A stretch of 64,000 nucleotides of DNA, from positions 3,600-67,599 of the forward strand of contig CAYXLK010000001.1 of NCBI GenBank assembly GCA_964465855.1, given 5' to 3'. Below the pieces are notes generated by a model. That model was not told where the DNA came from. It made no database searches and saw only the letters and a program-made list of their open reading frames with translations. This stretch comes from an uncultured Candidatus Pelagibacter sp. (GTDB taxonomy: Bacteria > Pseudomonadota > Alphaproteobacteria > Pelagibacterales > Pelagibacteraceae). Positions within the stretch are counted from its first letter, which is position 1. Every line of letters begins with the position of its first letter. Below, in pieces: positions 29,220 through 39,771 of this stretch. A program made the translations under genes and the position numbers.

Positions 29220-29540
29220 ATGGCAACAATTAATGTAACAGATGATAACTTTGATACAGATGTTTTAAAGTCATCCAAACCAATTCTTGTAGATTTTTGG
29301 GCTGAGTGGTGTGGTCCTTGCAAGATGATAGGTCCAGTTTTAGAAGAACTTTCAGATGAAATGTCGGCTCAAGTAACTATTGCAAAACATAATATTGATA
29401 ATGAACCTAATGTTCCAACTAAATATGGAGTAAGAGGGATTCCAACAATGTTATTATTCAAAGATGGTGAACTAAAAGCTACTAAAGTTGGAGCGACTAC
29501 TAAATCAGATTTAAAGTCTTGGATTGAACAGAATATTTAG
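29220..29540 (+). CDS. trxA: Thioredoxin
   Basis: [13 protein letters not shown]. Confidence 0.98.
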   Translation: MATINVTDDNFDTDVLKSSKPILVDFWAEWCGPCKMIGPVLEELSDEMSAQVTIAKHNIDNEPNVPTKYGVRGIPTMLLFKDGELKATKVGATTKSDLKSWIEQNI

Positions 29541-30811
29541 TTGAGATTTAATACTTCTCCAGCTAAGTAAAGAGAACCTGTAATTATAGCAATATCGTTT
29601 TCTTTTAAATCCAAAGAATTTAAAGCTTCTTTTATAGAATTTTTGTAATTAATATTTTTAAATCCCTTTATTTTATTTTTTAGATCTTGACCGTTTATTG
29701 CGTTTGGTTGGTTTGGAATATTTACAGTAGTCAAAGATGAGATTTTATCTATAAAATTATTTAAAAATTCTTGGTGGTTTTTATTAGACATCATTCCCAC
29801 AATTAAGTGTTTTTTACTCTCAATACTTTCCAAATATTCTGAAAGAACTTTCCCTCCAAGAGCATTATGAGAACCATCTACAATTAACTTATTATTATTT
29901 ATTAATTTCTTTAAATTTCCTGATTTTATTTCCTGTAATCTCCCAACATTTTTTATTTTTTTTATCCCTTCCTTTATATGACTCTCATTAATATCTATTT
30001 CATCAATATTTCTTAGAGTAGCAATTGCCGAAGCAACATTAGCTAATTGGAAGTTTCCTAATAAATTAGGAATTGGAAGTTTTAAACCTCCTATTTCATC
30101 CTCATAATAAAAGAAATTATTTTCTGTCAATGAGTATGAGTAAAGATCATTAAAATATATCTTTTTAGAACTATTATTCATTAATGAATTTTTAATTTTT
30201 GACAAGATTTCGTTATTTTCCTGATTGGATACTATTATTTTTGAATTTAATAATGATGAGGTTTTCTCATAGATAATTTTATCTATTGTTCTTTCGCCTT
30301 CGGGTAGCCAGTCAGTATGATCTATGCCAATTGCTGTTACAACTGAGGCTAAATTTTTATCAAATATATTTGTAGCATCAAATCTATGAAATAAGCCAGC
30401 TTCTAAAATATTAATATTGTTCTTGTTCTCATTTGCTTTTTTTAAAAATGCTGCAGTCAAAATTTCAAAATATGTTATTTGTTCTCCATTATTTATTTCT
30501 TCTGTTTCTAACAATAATTTTGATAGTTCTTCATCACCTATTTCATTATTGTTATAAAAAAATCTTTCATTAATCTTTTGGATATGAGGACTTGTATAAA
30601 TATTAGTTTGAATTTTAGCCTCCCTTAAAATTGATCTCATTGTTTGTATGGTGCTATTTTTACCATTAGTTCCAACCACAGAAATTACTTTAAGATTTTT
30701 TTCAGGATTTTGTAATTTATTACAGAGTGTTTTAATTCTATTTAAACTTAGGTCTATTTCTTTAGGATGCAGCCTTTGTAAACGGGATAGTATTTTCTGT
30801 AGATTGTTCAT
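29537..30811 (-). CDS. folC: Folylpolyglutamate/dihydrofolate synthase
   Basis: GTNGK, YTSPH, FEILT, DATN, DGSHN, TGSLY. Confidence 0.95.
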   Translation of the reverse strand: MNNLQKILSRLQRLHPKEIDLSLNRIKTLCNKLQNPEKNLKVISVVGTNGKNSTIQTMRSILREAKIQTNIYTSPHIQKINERFFYNNNEIGDEELSKLLLETEEINNGEQITYFEILTAAFLKKANENKNNINILEAGLFHRFDATNIFDKNLASVVTAIGIDHTDWLPEGERTIDKIIYEKTSSLLNSKIIVSNQENNEILSKIKNSLMNNSSKKIYFNDLYSYSLTENNFFYYEDEIGGLKLPIPNLLGNFQLANVASAIATLRNIDEIDINESHIKEGIKKIKNVGRLQEIKSGNLKKLINNNKLIVDGSHNALGGKVLSEYLESIESKKHLIVGMMSNKNHQEFLNNFIDKISSLTTVNIPNQPNAINGQDLKNKIKGFKNINYKNSIKEALNSLDLKENDIAIITGSLYLAGEVLNLN

Positions 30812-31697
30812 TATTTTCTGAATTTACTCCAGTATTTTTGTTTAGCAATATCGATAATAATAAGCCAATTTCTGTTGCTAGTTTTTTTCTTTCAACAATT
30901 CTGTCTACGAATCCATGTTTTAATAAAAATTCAGCTGTTTGAAAATCTGGTGGTAATTCTTCTTTTACGGTTGCTTGAACTACTCTTCGACCCGCAAATG
31001 CAATTAATGCACCTGGTTCAGAAAGTTGAATATCTCCCAACATGGCAAAACTTGCAGTTATGCCACCAGCTGTCGGGTCAGTAAAACAAACTAAATAAGG
31101 TAGGTTATTTTTTTTTAATTCATTAATTGCTAATGTTGTTTTAGTCATTCCAGCTAGTGCGATCAAACTTTCAAACATACGCTGACCCCCTCCGCATGGC
31201 CAAAAAACAAAAGGTGTTTGATTGTCAATCGCGTGTTGTACACCATATATTATAGCCTCAGTTTCTCCCGCTCCACTAGATCCTCCAATAAAATCAAAAT
31301 TTGTTGCTCCAACTGTTGTCTCTATTCCATTTAAATTTCCTTTAGCGATTATTACAGCACAATCTTGATTAGTTTTATTTCTAGCATCTTTAAGTCTTTC
31401 CTTATAAGATTTTGTATCTGACCATTCTAGAGGATCATCTTTAGGTATTGGTGTTTTTAAAATTTCGTATTTGTTTTTACCAAAAATTATATCGAATCTT
31501 TGTGTTGGACTTATTTTATGGTGTTTATTGCAATGGGGACAAACAAATAGATTTTCTTCTAATTCTACTTTTAAAATCGGACCTTTACAACAACTTGTCC
31601 ATGCACTCGATTCTCTTTCAGATTTTGTTGGAAATTTTTTATTAATATTTTTTTTTATACTTTCGCCAAATTTTTTAATTTTATTTATCCAGTTCAT
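30762..31697 (-). CDS. accD: Acetyl-CoA carboxylase carboxyltransferase beta
   Basis: Zn finger ...CPHC, FIGGS, PTAGGITASFAMLGD, FAGRRV. Confidence 0.96.
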   Translation of the reverse strand: MNWINKIKKFGESIKKNINKKFPTKSERESSAWTSCCKGPILKVELEENLFVCPHCNKHHKISPTQRFDIIFGKNKYEILKTPIPKDDPLEWSDTKSYKERLKDARNKTNQDCAVIIAKGNLNGIETTVGATNFDFIGGSSGAGETEAIIYGVQHAIDNQTPFVFWPCGGGQRMFESLIALAGMTKTTLAINELKKNNLPYLVCFTDPTAGGITASFAMLGDIQLSEPGALIAFAGRRVVQATVKEELPPDFQTAEFLLKHGFVDRIVERKKLATEIGLLLSILLNKNTGVNSENNEQSTENTIPFTKAAS

Positions 31698-32494
31698 GAA
31701 ATTCTATTTTTTAACTTTATCACAATTTTACTTACATTTGTGACAGGATTTTGTCTTTTTGCTATACTTTTTGTAATTTCTTTACAAATTGCGCTTCCTA
31801 CAACCAAACCATCGGCTGATTTTAATTTTCCAATTGACTTTTCTGTAATTCCAAAACCAATTACACAATTCTTTTTAGGACTTATTTTTTTTATTCTTCT
31901 ATAATTTGACAGGATTTCTTTAGGTGTAATTTTTAACTTTCCTCCAGTAGTAGAAAGCATTGAAATGTAATAAATCATATCATGAGAATCTTTAAAGATT
32001 TTTTTAGCTCGCTCATATGAAGTTGTTGGAGAAATAAGTTGAACAAAAAAAATATTTTTCTTTTTACATTTTTTAGAAAAATTAATATTTTCAGGCCATG
32101 GTAAATCCACAACTATAATACCATTCACTCCCGATTTTTTACATCTATTTAAAAAATTATTTTCTCCATACTGGTAAATTATGTTGTAATAACCCATTAA
32201 AATTAATGGTTTGGAAAAGTTATTTCTTTTAAAATCTTTTACAATTTTAAATACATCATTTATTTTAATTCCATTTTTTATTGCTCGATAAGCGCTTGTC
32301 TGAATCTGGCCCCCATCTGCAATTGGAGTATTATGAGGAAATCCTAGTTCACATATATCTACATATTTTGACAATGATTTTAAAATCTCTAGAGATTTTT
32401 TTTTACTGTTATCTCCTGCCACTGTATAGGTTAATAAAGCTGGTCTTTTTTCTATTCTTGCTTTTTTAAATGCTAAACTAATTATATTGGTCAT
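31694..32494 (-). CDS. trpA: Tryptophan synthase alpha (divergent)
   Basis: ELGFP...ADG..IQ, LMGYYN, VDLP, GFGI, DGLVVGSA. Confidence 0.93.
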   Translation of the reverse strand: MTNIISLAFKKARIEKRPALLTYTVAGDNSKKKSLEILKSLSKYVDICELGFPHNTPIADGGQIQTSAYRAIKNGIKINDVFKIVKDFKRNNFSKPLILMGYYNIIYQYGENNFLNRCKKSGVNGIIVVDLPWPENINFSKKCKKKNIFFVQLISPTTSYERAKKIFKDSHDMIYYISMLSTTGGKLKITPKEILSNYRRIKKISPKKNCVIGFGITEKSIGKLKSADGLVVGSAICKEITKSIAKRQNPVTNVSKIVIKLKNRIS

Positions 32495-33722
32495 ATTTTT
32501 TTCCCAATTTTGCTTTTAAAATATTTTTATCTTTATGTGCGTCGCCACAACTATTTACTATAATAACGGTATCTTTGCTCAATTTTTTTGCCTCTTTAAT
32601 TGCAGTCGAAAATGCGTGGCTTGGTTCAAGAGAAGGCCATAAATTTTCAAACTTTGTAACAAGTTTGTATGCATCTAGTGCATCTTCATCACTTACAGCT
32701 GTATACCGGGCTCTTCTAGTGTCTTTTAGAAAACAATGTAATGGTGATACGCCAGGATAGTCTAATCCAGCAGATATTGATTCTGTTTCTTCAATTTGGC
32801 CTTCAGAGTTTTGGTTTACATACTGTGCAGCTCCATGAAGGATACCTATTTTTGATCCATAAGTTAGTGGCGCTGCATGCTTATTGCTATTCCTAGGACC
32901 TCCAGCCTCAACTCCAATTAATTCTACTTGATTTTTATCATAGTCCATAAACTCACTCCAAAAACCATAACTAGAAGAACCTCCACCTACACAATTATAA
33001 AGTTTTATCTTTTTTGGAATAGATCCAAACTCTTTTTTAATTTGTATTTTTAATTCTCTTGATATCTGGCTAGTGCTCCAACCACATATTTTTACAAAAA
33101 TATTAGGCCCTACAGTTGAGCCAATACACATGGCCGTAGTATCACAATTTGCTACCCAGTACCTCATACTTTCCGAAACAGCATCTACAAGAGTTTGACC
33201 TCCTGTATAAACTGGTATGACTTCGGCTCCATTTTTTTTCATAGCTTTTACGTTTGGTTGTTGTCTTTTAATATCTTTTGCGCCCATAAAAATTTTACAT
33301 TTAATTCCAAATTTTTTTGCTGCCATACTTAGCATTTTGCCAGCATAACCAGCCCCCGTGTCTCCAACGATAAATTTTTTTCCAACTTTCTTTGCTAATA
33401 AACAATGAACTGTTGCATTATATATCTTGTGAGCTCCTCCATTAGCATCAGAAACTATCTTCGACCATATTTGAGCTCCACCGATATGATTTGTTAAGTT
33501 ATTCAATTTTATAAATCTAGTTGGTACTCCGATCCAATTTTTGAAATACTTATCTCTTTCAGCAATAAAACTCTTATTGTTCCTTAATTTATTAAAAAGA
33601 AGCTCTAAATCTTTAATTGGTTTTTTTAGTGTTTCGGGAACAAAATTTCCACCAAATTTACCTCCCCACATCCCAAATTTATCATGTTGATCGATTAGTG
33701 GTATTTTTTTTTTAAGTTTCAT
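32478..33722 (-). CDS. trpB: Tryptophan synthase beta (divergent active site)
   Basis: FGGNFVPETL, GAHK (PLP Lys), CVGGGS, SISAGLDYPG; trpF-trpB-trpA order. Confidence 0.9.
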   Translation of the reverse strand: MKLKKKIPLIDQHDKFGMWGGKFGGNFVPETLKKPIKDLELLFNKLRNNKSFIAERDKYFKNWIGVPTRFIKLNNLTNHIGGAQIWSKIVSDANGGAHKIYNATVHCLLAKKVGKKFIVGDTGAGYAGKMLSMAAKKFGIKCKIFMGAKDIKRQQPNVKAMKKNGAEVIPVYTGGQTLVDAVSESMRYWVANCDTTAMCIGSTVGPNIFVKICGWSTSQISRELKIQIKKEFGSIPKKIKLYNCVGGGSSSYGFWSEFMDYDKNQVELIGVEAGGPRNSNKHAAPLTYGSKIGILHGAAQYVNQNSEGQIEETESISAGLDYPGVSPLHCFLKDTRRARYTAVSDEDALDAYKLVTKFENLWPSLEPSHAFSTAIKEAKKLSKDTVIIVNSCGDAHKDKNILKAKLGKKYDQYN

Positions 33723-34335
33723 ATTGTTTAATCTTGTTTAAAAAATAATTTATTTTGTGTAAATCCTTTTTTCCTTCTTCGTTTTCTAATGAACCACTTA
33801 AATCAATTATATAATCTTTATTTTTTATGACAGGGATATTATCAATTTTTATGTTACCAGCTATCATTTTTGTAATATGATTTGGTATATTATCTAAAAG
33901 CTTATGATCAAAGCCAATAGATTTTTCATATCCTTTACCATCGAACAAGATAATATCAGAGATATTCTGGTATAGTTTATAATTTTCAATGTTCTCTTTA
34001 TTCTGAATCATTATAGATGAGATAATTTTTTTATTATATTTATTTTTGATTAATTTTGTTCTTTCAGGATCAACATCGTATAATTGATAGTAATCTAACT
34101 GAAGATCTTTAATTTTTTCTAAAATATTATCATCAGGATTTACTAAGACTGACACGAAGCTAACTTTATTATTTTTAAAACCAGTAAGTTTTTCTAGGGT
34201 ATTAAATTCGACAAATCGTTTTGATTTTTTATAATTTGTAATAAATCCAATAAATTGAGGAGGGTAAGGATGATTGATAATATATTTTAAAGTCTCTAAA
34301 TCAGAGACACCACAGATTTTTACACCTTTAATCAT
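33712..34335 (-). CDS. trpF: Phosphoribosylanthranilate isomerase
   Basis: VKICG, SKR, QL, ILFD, DLSGSLE. Confidence 0.9.
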   Translation of the reverse strand: MIKGVKICGVSDLETLKYIINHPYPPQFIGFITNYKKSKRFVEFNTLEKLTGFKNNKVSFVSVLVNPDDNILEKIKDLQLDYYQLYDVDPERTKLIKNKYNKKIISSIMIQNKENIENYKLYQNISDIILFDGKGYEKSIGFDHKLLDNIPNHITKMIAGNIKIDNIPVIKNKDYIIDLSGSLENEEGKKDLHKINYFLNKIKQYET

Positions 34336-35005
34336 TTTTTAAATGGTCAATTAATTTTTGAAGATTTTTTTTGATGTTACCCTTAGTTATAGGTCTTCCA
34401 ATAACCAGCCAATCACTTCCAGTTTTAAATGCATTAGTTGCTGACATTACTCTTTTTTGATCATTAGTTTTTGAGTTAAATCTAATTCCCGGGGTTATAA
34501 TTTCTTTTTTGAATACTTTTTTCACTGACTTTGCTTCTTGAGAAGAACACACCAAAGCATCTAATTTTGCTTTAGATGCTAATTTTGCTTGATGGACGAC
34601 AAGAGAATTAAGTTTTTTATCATAACCAATTTCTTTTAAAGATTTTTCATTCAGAGAAGTTAAGGTACTTACGCCTACTATTTTTGTCCTACCCGAAACC
34701 TTTTTTACAGCTTTTAAAGCTTCAAGTCCTGAACTGATATGTATAGTAATATAATTAGCTTTTAAATCTTTGACAGTTTTTATTGTTGATACACATGTAT
34801 TGGGAATATCATTTAACTTTAAATCAAGGAAAATTATTTTTCTTTTCAATTTAGAAATAAACTCTCTACCTTTTTTTGAATTAATGAATTCAAGACCAAA
34901 CTTGTATCCAATTTGAATTTTTGTAGTTTTAGTTTTATTTATTATTTCCTTAGTTTTTATAATTTTATTTGTATCGCAAGCTATAAAAATTTTATTTTTT
35001 TTCAT
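34328..35005 (-). CDS. pyrF: Orotidine-5'-phosphate decarboxylase
   Basis: DLKLNDIPNT, TPGIR, DQKR, VIGRPI. Confidence 0.96.
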   Translation of the reverse strand: MKKNKIFIACDTNKIIKTKEIINKTKTTKIQIGYKFGLEFINSKKGREFISKLKRKIIFLDLKLNDIPNTCVSTIKTVKDLKANYITIHISSGLEALKAVKKVSGRTKIVGVSTLTSLNEKSLKEIGYDKKLNSLVVHQAKLASKAKLDALVCSSQEAKSVKKVFKKEIITPGIRFNSKTNDQKRVMSATNAFKTGSDWLVIGRPITKGNIKKNLQKLIDHLKND

Positions 35006-35282
35006 TCAATTTTTTCTTCCATTCTTTTGAACATTTAAATAAAATGCTTTTTTTTTCAGGGGTTTTAATTTTTTCCAAAGTTCTTGGGTTTAAGGAAATT
35101 CTTTGTTTTTGAACTCTTGACTCAAACATCATTACATCTCTTAATTCTACTCTCTCCCCATTTGATAATGCTTTAGTTACCTCAACTAAGAAGATATCAA
35201 AAAATTTAATTATATCTTTTTTATAAAGGTTTGGAAAATTTTTAGAGATTTTGTTTATTATTTCTGATTTAGATACAGACAA
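34992..35282 (-). CDS. ihfB: Integration host factor beta / HU-family protein (TTG start)
   Basis: SKSEII, GERVELR, NPRT, FKCSK; downstream of rpsA. Confidence 0.85.
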   Translation of the reverse strand: MSVSKSEIINKISKNFPNLYKKDIIKFFDIFLVEVTKALSNGERVELRDVMMFESRVQKQRISLNPRTLEKIKTPEKKSILFKCSKEWKKKLNEKK

Positions 35283-35288
35283 TTTTTT

Positions 35289-37016
35289 TTATTTTTCTTC
35301 TTTCTTTTTGTTATCCATTTTTTCAGAAAGGGTTGAAAAAGGAAGGTTTTTTCCACTTAATGGACTTGAGAACTTTGATACAGCTTCTTTATTTTGCATT
35401 TCTTCAAGCAACTTAATACTTAGTACAATCTTTCTTTTTTCAACATTAATCTCAGCTATAGCAGCATCTATACGATCTCCTTGTATAAATCTGTTTGATC
35501 TAGCATCTCCTTGGTTTATTGCAATCTGGCTTTTTTTTATAAAAATATCTAAATCATTTCCCTCGGGTGCAACCATTATACCTTTAGAACTTGTTGATTT
35601 TACTTTAACTGTGAGAATATCATTAACTTTTTTATTTTTGAAAATATTAAATGGATCTTCTTTAAGTTGTTTGACACCAAATTTAATCTTTTGATCTTGG
35701 GATTTAATCTCTATAACTTTAACTTCTATTTCATCGCCTTTTTTATATTTTATTATTTCGTCCTCAGGTTTTGATGAATAAGAAAGATCGTTTGCATGCA
35801 TGAAACCATCAATGTCAAATTCTTCAATATTTAGATATATTGAAAAATCTTTAATATTTGAAATTTTACTTTTAAGTACAGAATTTACAGGATATTTTTT
35901 TTTAAAACTTTCATAAGGGTTTTCTTTTGCAAGCTTATGTGAAATAGCTATTCTTTTTTTTTCTTTATCAATATCTGTTATAACACAATCTATTTCATCA
36001 CCTATTTTAAAAAATTTATTTGGCGATACATTTTTTTTAGTCCAGCTTATTTCACTTGAATGGAGTAGACATGTTAATCCTGACTGTAGTTCACAAAAAG
36101 CTCCGTAATCTACAACCTTAATTACTTTAGCTTTGTAAGTTTTTCCAACTTTATAATTTGAGATATTTTCAAATGGATCAGGTGTTAATGCTTTAATAGA
36201 ACATGAGATTTGCATTTTATCATTGTCAATCGATATAACTTTGAGATCATGTTTTTCACCTATTGTAAAAACTTCATCAGGATGGTTAATTCTTGAATAA
36301 GAGATTTCTTGTAAATGAACTAAAACATCTATTTCATTGTTCACTTCAAAGAAGCACCCAAAAGAACTGTACCCTTTCACCACAGAATTTTTTACAATAT
36401 CGCCAACTTTGTATTTTTCTAAAATTTTTGCTTTATCTTCTTTTTTAACAGAACTAATTACTTCTCTTCTTGACACACATGCATTTCCTCTAAATTTGTC
36501 AAGTTTGATAATTTTAAAATCTTGTTCTACACCAATCAAATGATCGAGAGATTTTAATGGTTTTGAATCTACCTGTGAACCTGGACAGAACATTAAAGAT
36601 TTAGTATCAGCATGTTCCACTATAACGCCACCTTTACATTTAGAAACAATTTTACCTTTAACATTTATGTTTTCTTCAAATGCTTTTTCGAGCTTGTACC
36701 AACCTCTAATTTTCTGCGCCTTACTTGCTGACACAATCACTTCACCATTTTTATCTTCAATTTTTTCTAAAAAAACTTCTAGCTTATCATTTTCTTTGAA
36801 TTGTTTATTTTCAAAAGCTGATTTTGCTTCATTAACATCAATTAAAGCTTCACTTTTCATTCCATCTATTAATAGATAAACATGTTTTTCACTTATCTTA
36901 GTTATAGTACCAACTAGTAGTTTTCCTTCTTCAATTTTTGTTTTTGAGAAATTGTCGATTAAGAGCTTTTTAAATTCCTGGTTTTGACTGCTTGAAATAT
37001 CCTTGTATACTTCCAT
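35289..37016 (-). CDS. rpsA: 30S ribosomal protein S1
   Basis: Six S1 repeats (PGSQVD, YGAF, LHSSEISW). Confidence 0.96.
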   Translation of the reverse strand: MEVYKDISSSQNQEFKKLLIDNFSKTKIEEGKLLVGTITKISEKHVYLLIDGMKSEALIDVNEAKSAFENKQFKENDKLEVFLEKIEDKNGEVIVSASKAQKIRGWYKLEKAFEENINVKGKIVSKCKGGVIVEHADTKSLMFCPGSQVDSKPLKSLDHLIGVEQDFKIIKLDKFRGNACVSRREVISSVKKEDKAKILEKYKVGDIVKNSVVKGYSSFGCFFEVNNEIDVLVHLQEISYSRINHPDEVFTIGEKHDLKVISIDNDKMQISCSIKALTPDPFENISNYKVGKTYKAKVIKVVDYGAFCELQSGLTCLLHSSEISWTKKNVSPNKFFKIGDEIDCVITDIDKEKKRIAISHKLAKENPYESFKKKYPVNSVLKSKISNIKDFSIYLNIEEFDIDGFMHANDLSYSSKPEDEIIKYKKGDEIEVKVIEIKSQDQKIKFGVKQLKEDPFNIFKNKKVNDILTVKVKSTSSKGIMVAPEGNDLDIFIKKSQIAINQGDARSNRFIQGDRIDAAIAEINVEKRKIVLSIKLLEEMQNKEAVSKFSSPLSGKNLPFSTLSEKMDNKKKEEK

Positions 37017-37669
37017 TAATTTTTTAATTTCCTATCCATAATTGCTTTAATTTTTTTAAAGCACGCTTTCTTACTTAATTTAGAAGTATTAATCAAGATT
37101 GAATCTTTTGTTTTTTTTAGCGGACCATATTTTCTTGTGCGATCTAATTTATCACGTTTTTTAATGCTTTTTAAAACTTTATTGTACGATATTTGTTTTT
37201 TTAAGCTTTTATATTCTCTAAATCTTCTCATAGCTCTTATTTTTACATTGGCAGTGATAAAAAATTTAAACATAGCATTCTTCATTTGAACAGAAGTTAT
37301 GTCCCTACCATCTAACACAGATCCATTAAATTGTTTTGGAGGATAATAAGCACATCTCTGCTGAAATTTATGAACAATATCTCTAATTTTTTTATCTCTA
37401 GCTATAATTGCTGCTGAAATTGCAACATCATCTGATAGGAGATTTTTACTTAATAATGATTTTGATTTTAAATTAATAATTTTTTTTTTTAAAAAAGTGT
37501 AAGAAAATTCATTTTTAAATTTTAATTTTAAAAATCCTATATATCGATAAATTTTACCTGTATCTAAATAGAATAAGTTGTAATGTTTAGCAATTAATTT
37601 TGACTGAGTACCAGCACCAGCTGCCGCAGGAGAGTCGATGGCTACAGTTATTAATTTTTTTTTTATCAA
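37016..37669 (-). CDS. cmk: Cytidylate kinase (atypical P-loop)
   Basis: AIDSPAAAGAGT, LDTGKIYR, DGRDI, RD..D..R..GPL; aroA-cmk-rpsA order. Confidence 0.9.
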   Translation of the reverse strand: MIKKKLITVAIDSPAAAGAGTQSKLIAKHYNLFYLDTGKIYRYIGFLKLKFKNEFSYTFLKKKIINLKSKSLLSKNLLSDDVAISAAIIARDKKIRDIVHKFQQRCAYYPPKQFNGSVLDGRDITSVQMKNAMFKFFITANVKIRAMRRFREYKSLKKQISYNKVLKSIKKRDKLDRTRKYGPLKKTKDSILINTSKLSKKACFKKIKAIMDRKLKN

Positions 37670-38991
37670 TTAATTTTTGCTCCTAATTTTATTGATATTT
37701 CCAAAAATTTTGGAAAAGATGTTTTTATAGAATCTTTATCATTAATTTTCCATTTTCCACCAAGTGTGAGAGCTGCTATTACCGTCATCATAAACACTCT
37801 ATGGTCTTTCAGGAAGTTTTTCATTTGGTAGTTATTTTTTAACTCTAAACTTGGATTACCAAATATTTTGATATCACAATTTTTTCTAATTACTTTAATA
37901 CCAATCATCTTTAAAAATTTTATTGCCATGTCTAATCTTGGACTTTCTTTTTTGTTAAGTTCATTAAGATTTTTAAACGTAGATATGCCTTTAGATTTTG
38001 ATGCAATCAAAAAGATTAGCAGAAATTCATCTATAGCTGAACTATTTAACTTTTCTGGACAATTAATTGATTTAAAATTTTTTGTACTTTTGATTTTAAT
38101 ATCTCCAATAAGTTCTCCTTTATAGTCTCTTTTATTTAGAATTTTAATATTTGCATTCATTTTATTTAATATTTTTAAAATTCCTATTCTTGATTGATTT
38201 ATATTAATATCTTTAATTAATAGAGTAGAGTTTTTTGATAACAAGGTTAGTACAATAAAAAAGGATGCTGAACTTATATCGCCCGGTACTTTATAATCGA
38301 ATGATTTAAATTGTCTTAGTCCTTTAACTTCAATCAAATCATATTTTTTGTTTTTTTTTATTTTTATTGGGTATTTTAAATATTTTAAAAGAATCTCTGT
38401 ATGATTTCTTGATTTCTTAGCATTTATTTTTGTTATACCTGGGGTGTTAATAGCACTTAAAATTATACAGGTTTTAATCTGTGCACTACCTTTGTTTTCA
38501 GTATAATTGATCGGTCTTAATAGGTTTGATCCTTTGAATTCTAAAGGCAACATGTCATTTCTAGATTTAATATTTACACCAAATAAATTAAGAGGTTTAA
38601 TAACCCTAGAAAAATCTCTTTTGGATAAACTTTTGTCACCAATTAATTTAAATTTATTTTTTGATGCCGAGCATAATCCAATTATACATCTTGCAAGTGT
38701 TCCAGAATTTCCCGCATTTAAAACTGTATTTTTTTTTATTTTAAAACCATTTATACCAACTCCATTAATTTCTAAATAATTCTTTTTTTTTATATAACTA
38801 ACTCCAATTTTTTTAACAGCTCCCAAAGTATTGTCTACATCTTCTGACTTAAGCAAATTAAATATTTTTGATCGGCCTATTGCTATTGATGACAATAATA
38901 TACATCTTATGCTTAAACTTTTATCGCTTGAAACAATGATTTGTTTTTTAAATGGTTTAATAATCTTTTGTATTTCGATTTGATTCTTCAC
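37666..38991 (-). CDS. aroA: EPSP synthase
   Basis: DKSLSIR, GNSGT, SAQIK, RNHTE, PGDISSA, KES.R, DHR. Confidence 0.95.
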   Translation of the reverse strand: MKNQIEIQKIIKPFKKQIIVSSDKSLSIRCILLSSIAIGRSKIFNLLKSEDVDNTLGAVKKIGVSYIKKKNYLEINGVGINGFKIKKNTVLNAGNSGTLARCIIGLCSASKNKFKLIGDKSLSKRDFSRVIKPLNLFGVNIKSRNDMLPLEFKGSNLLRPINYTENKGSAQIKTCIILSAINTPGITKINAKKSRNHTEILLKYLKYPIKIKKNKKYDLIEVKGLRQFKSFDYKVPGDISSASFFIVLTLLSKNSTLLIKDININQSRIGILKILNKMNANIKILNKRDYKGELIGDIKIKSTKNFKSINCPEKLNSSAIDEFLLIFLIASKSKGISTFKNLNELNKKESPRLDMAIKFLKMIGIKVIRKNCDIKIFGNPSLELKNNYQMKNFLKDHRVFMMTVIAALTLGGKWKINDKDSIKTSFPKFLEISIKLGAKIN

Positions 38992-38997
38992 GTGAAA

Positions 38998-39771
38998 TTA
39001 AATTTTAAAACCTTCACCAAAATATGCTTCAATTGCTCTAGTATTTTTTATAAGTTCTTGAGGTGTTCCTTTTGCAACAATTTTTCCTTCTGACAATACC
39101 ATAGCACTGTCAACACAACTCAGCAGGTCTCTTGAAGAATGATCAGATACAGAAACTGAAATTTTTTCAAACATTTGAAGACTAACAATAATTTGTTGTA
39201 TCATCCTAACACTTTGAGGATCTAATGCTGCAAAAGGTTCATCAAGAATTAGAATTTTAGTATTTTTAACCATTGCCATTGCTAAAGTTAATTTTCTTAC
39301 TTGTCCACCAGAAAGAAACTTAGATTTTATCTTTACAACATTCTGCAATTCAAATTTTCTAATTAAATTATTAACTTTTGATAACCTCTCTTCATTATTT
39401 TTAATATGTAATTCTGCAATTGCCATAAGGTTATCAAATACAGACAGATCTGACCATGATCCTCCATACTGTGGAACCCAAGATATACCAAACTTGGAAC
39501 ATCTTTGGTGAGTTGGAATACTTGTTGCATCCACTCCATCAATAATTATTTTTCCGAAAGTTGGTTTAACCAAACCTATAATTGAATGATAAATAGAACT
39601 TTTTCCTGCTCCGTTCGGTCCAAGTAAACCACATATCACAGATTTTTGTAAGTTTAGATTAAACTGCTCAACTATTTGTCTATTGCCATAAGAAATAGTT
39701 ATGTTTTTAAGCTCTATAATAGGCCTTTCTTCTTTAAAAGATTTAATTCTAAATTTCTTAATTAAACTCAT
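38998..39771 (-). CDS. lptB: LPS export ABC transporter ATPase
   Basis: GPNGAGKS, LSGGQ, LDEPFA.LDP, SDH, YFGEGF; kdsD-lptC-lptB context. Confidence 0.88.
   Translation of the reverse strand: MSLIKKFRIKSFKEERPIIELKNITISYGNRQIVEQFNLNLQKSVICGLLGPNGAGKSSIYHSIIGLVKPTFGKIIIDGVDATSIPTHQRCSKFGISWVPQYGGSWSDLSVFDNLMAIAELHIKNNEERLSKVNNLIRKFELQNVVKIKSKFLSGGQVRKLTLAMAMVKNTKILILDEPFAALDPQSVRMIQQIIVSLQMFEKISVSVSDHSSRDLLSCVDSAMVLSEGKIVAKGTPQELIKNTRAIEAYFGEGFKI

Noticed and set aside
17654-29220. Possible tRNA-anchored genomic island or prophage around the nuclease block
   Set aside because: No integrase, no duplicated tRNA 3' end and no phage structural genes were seen.
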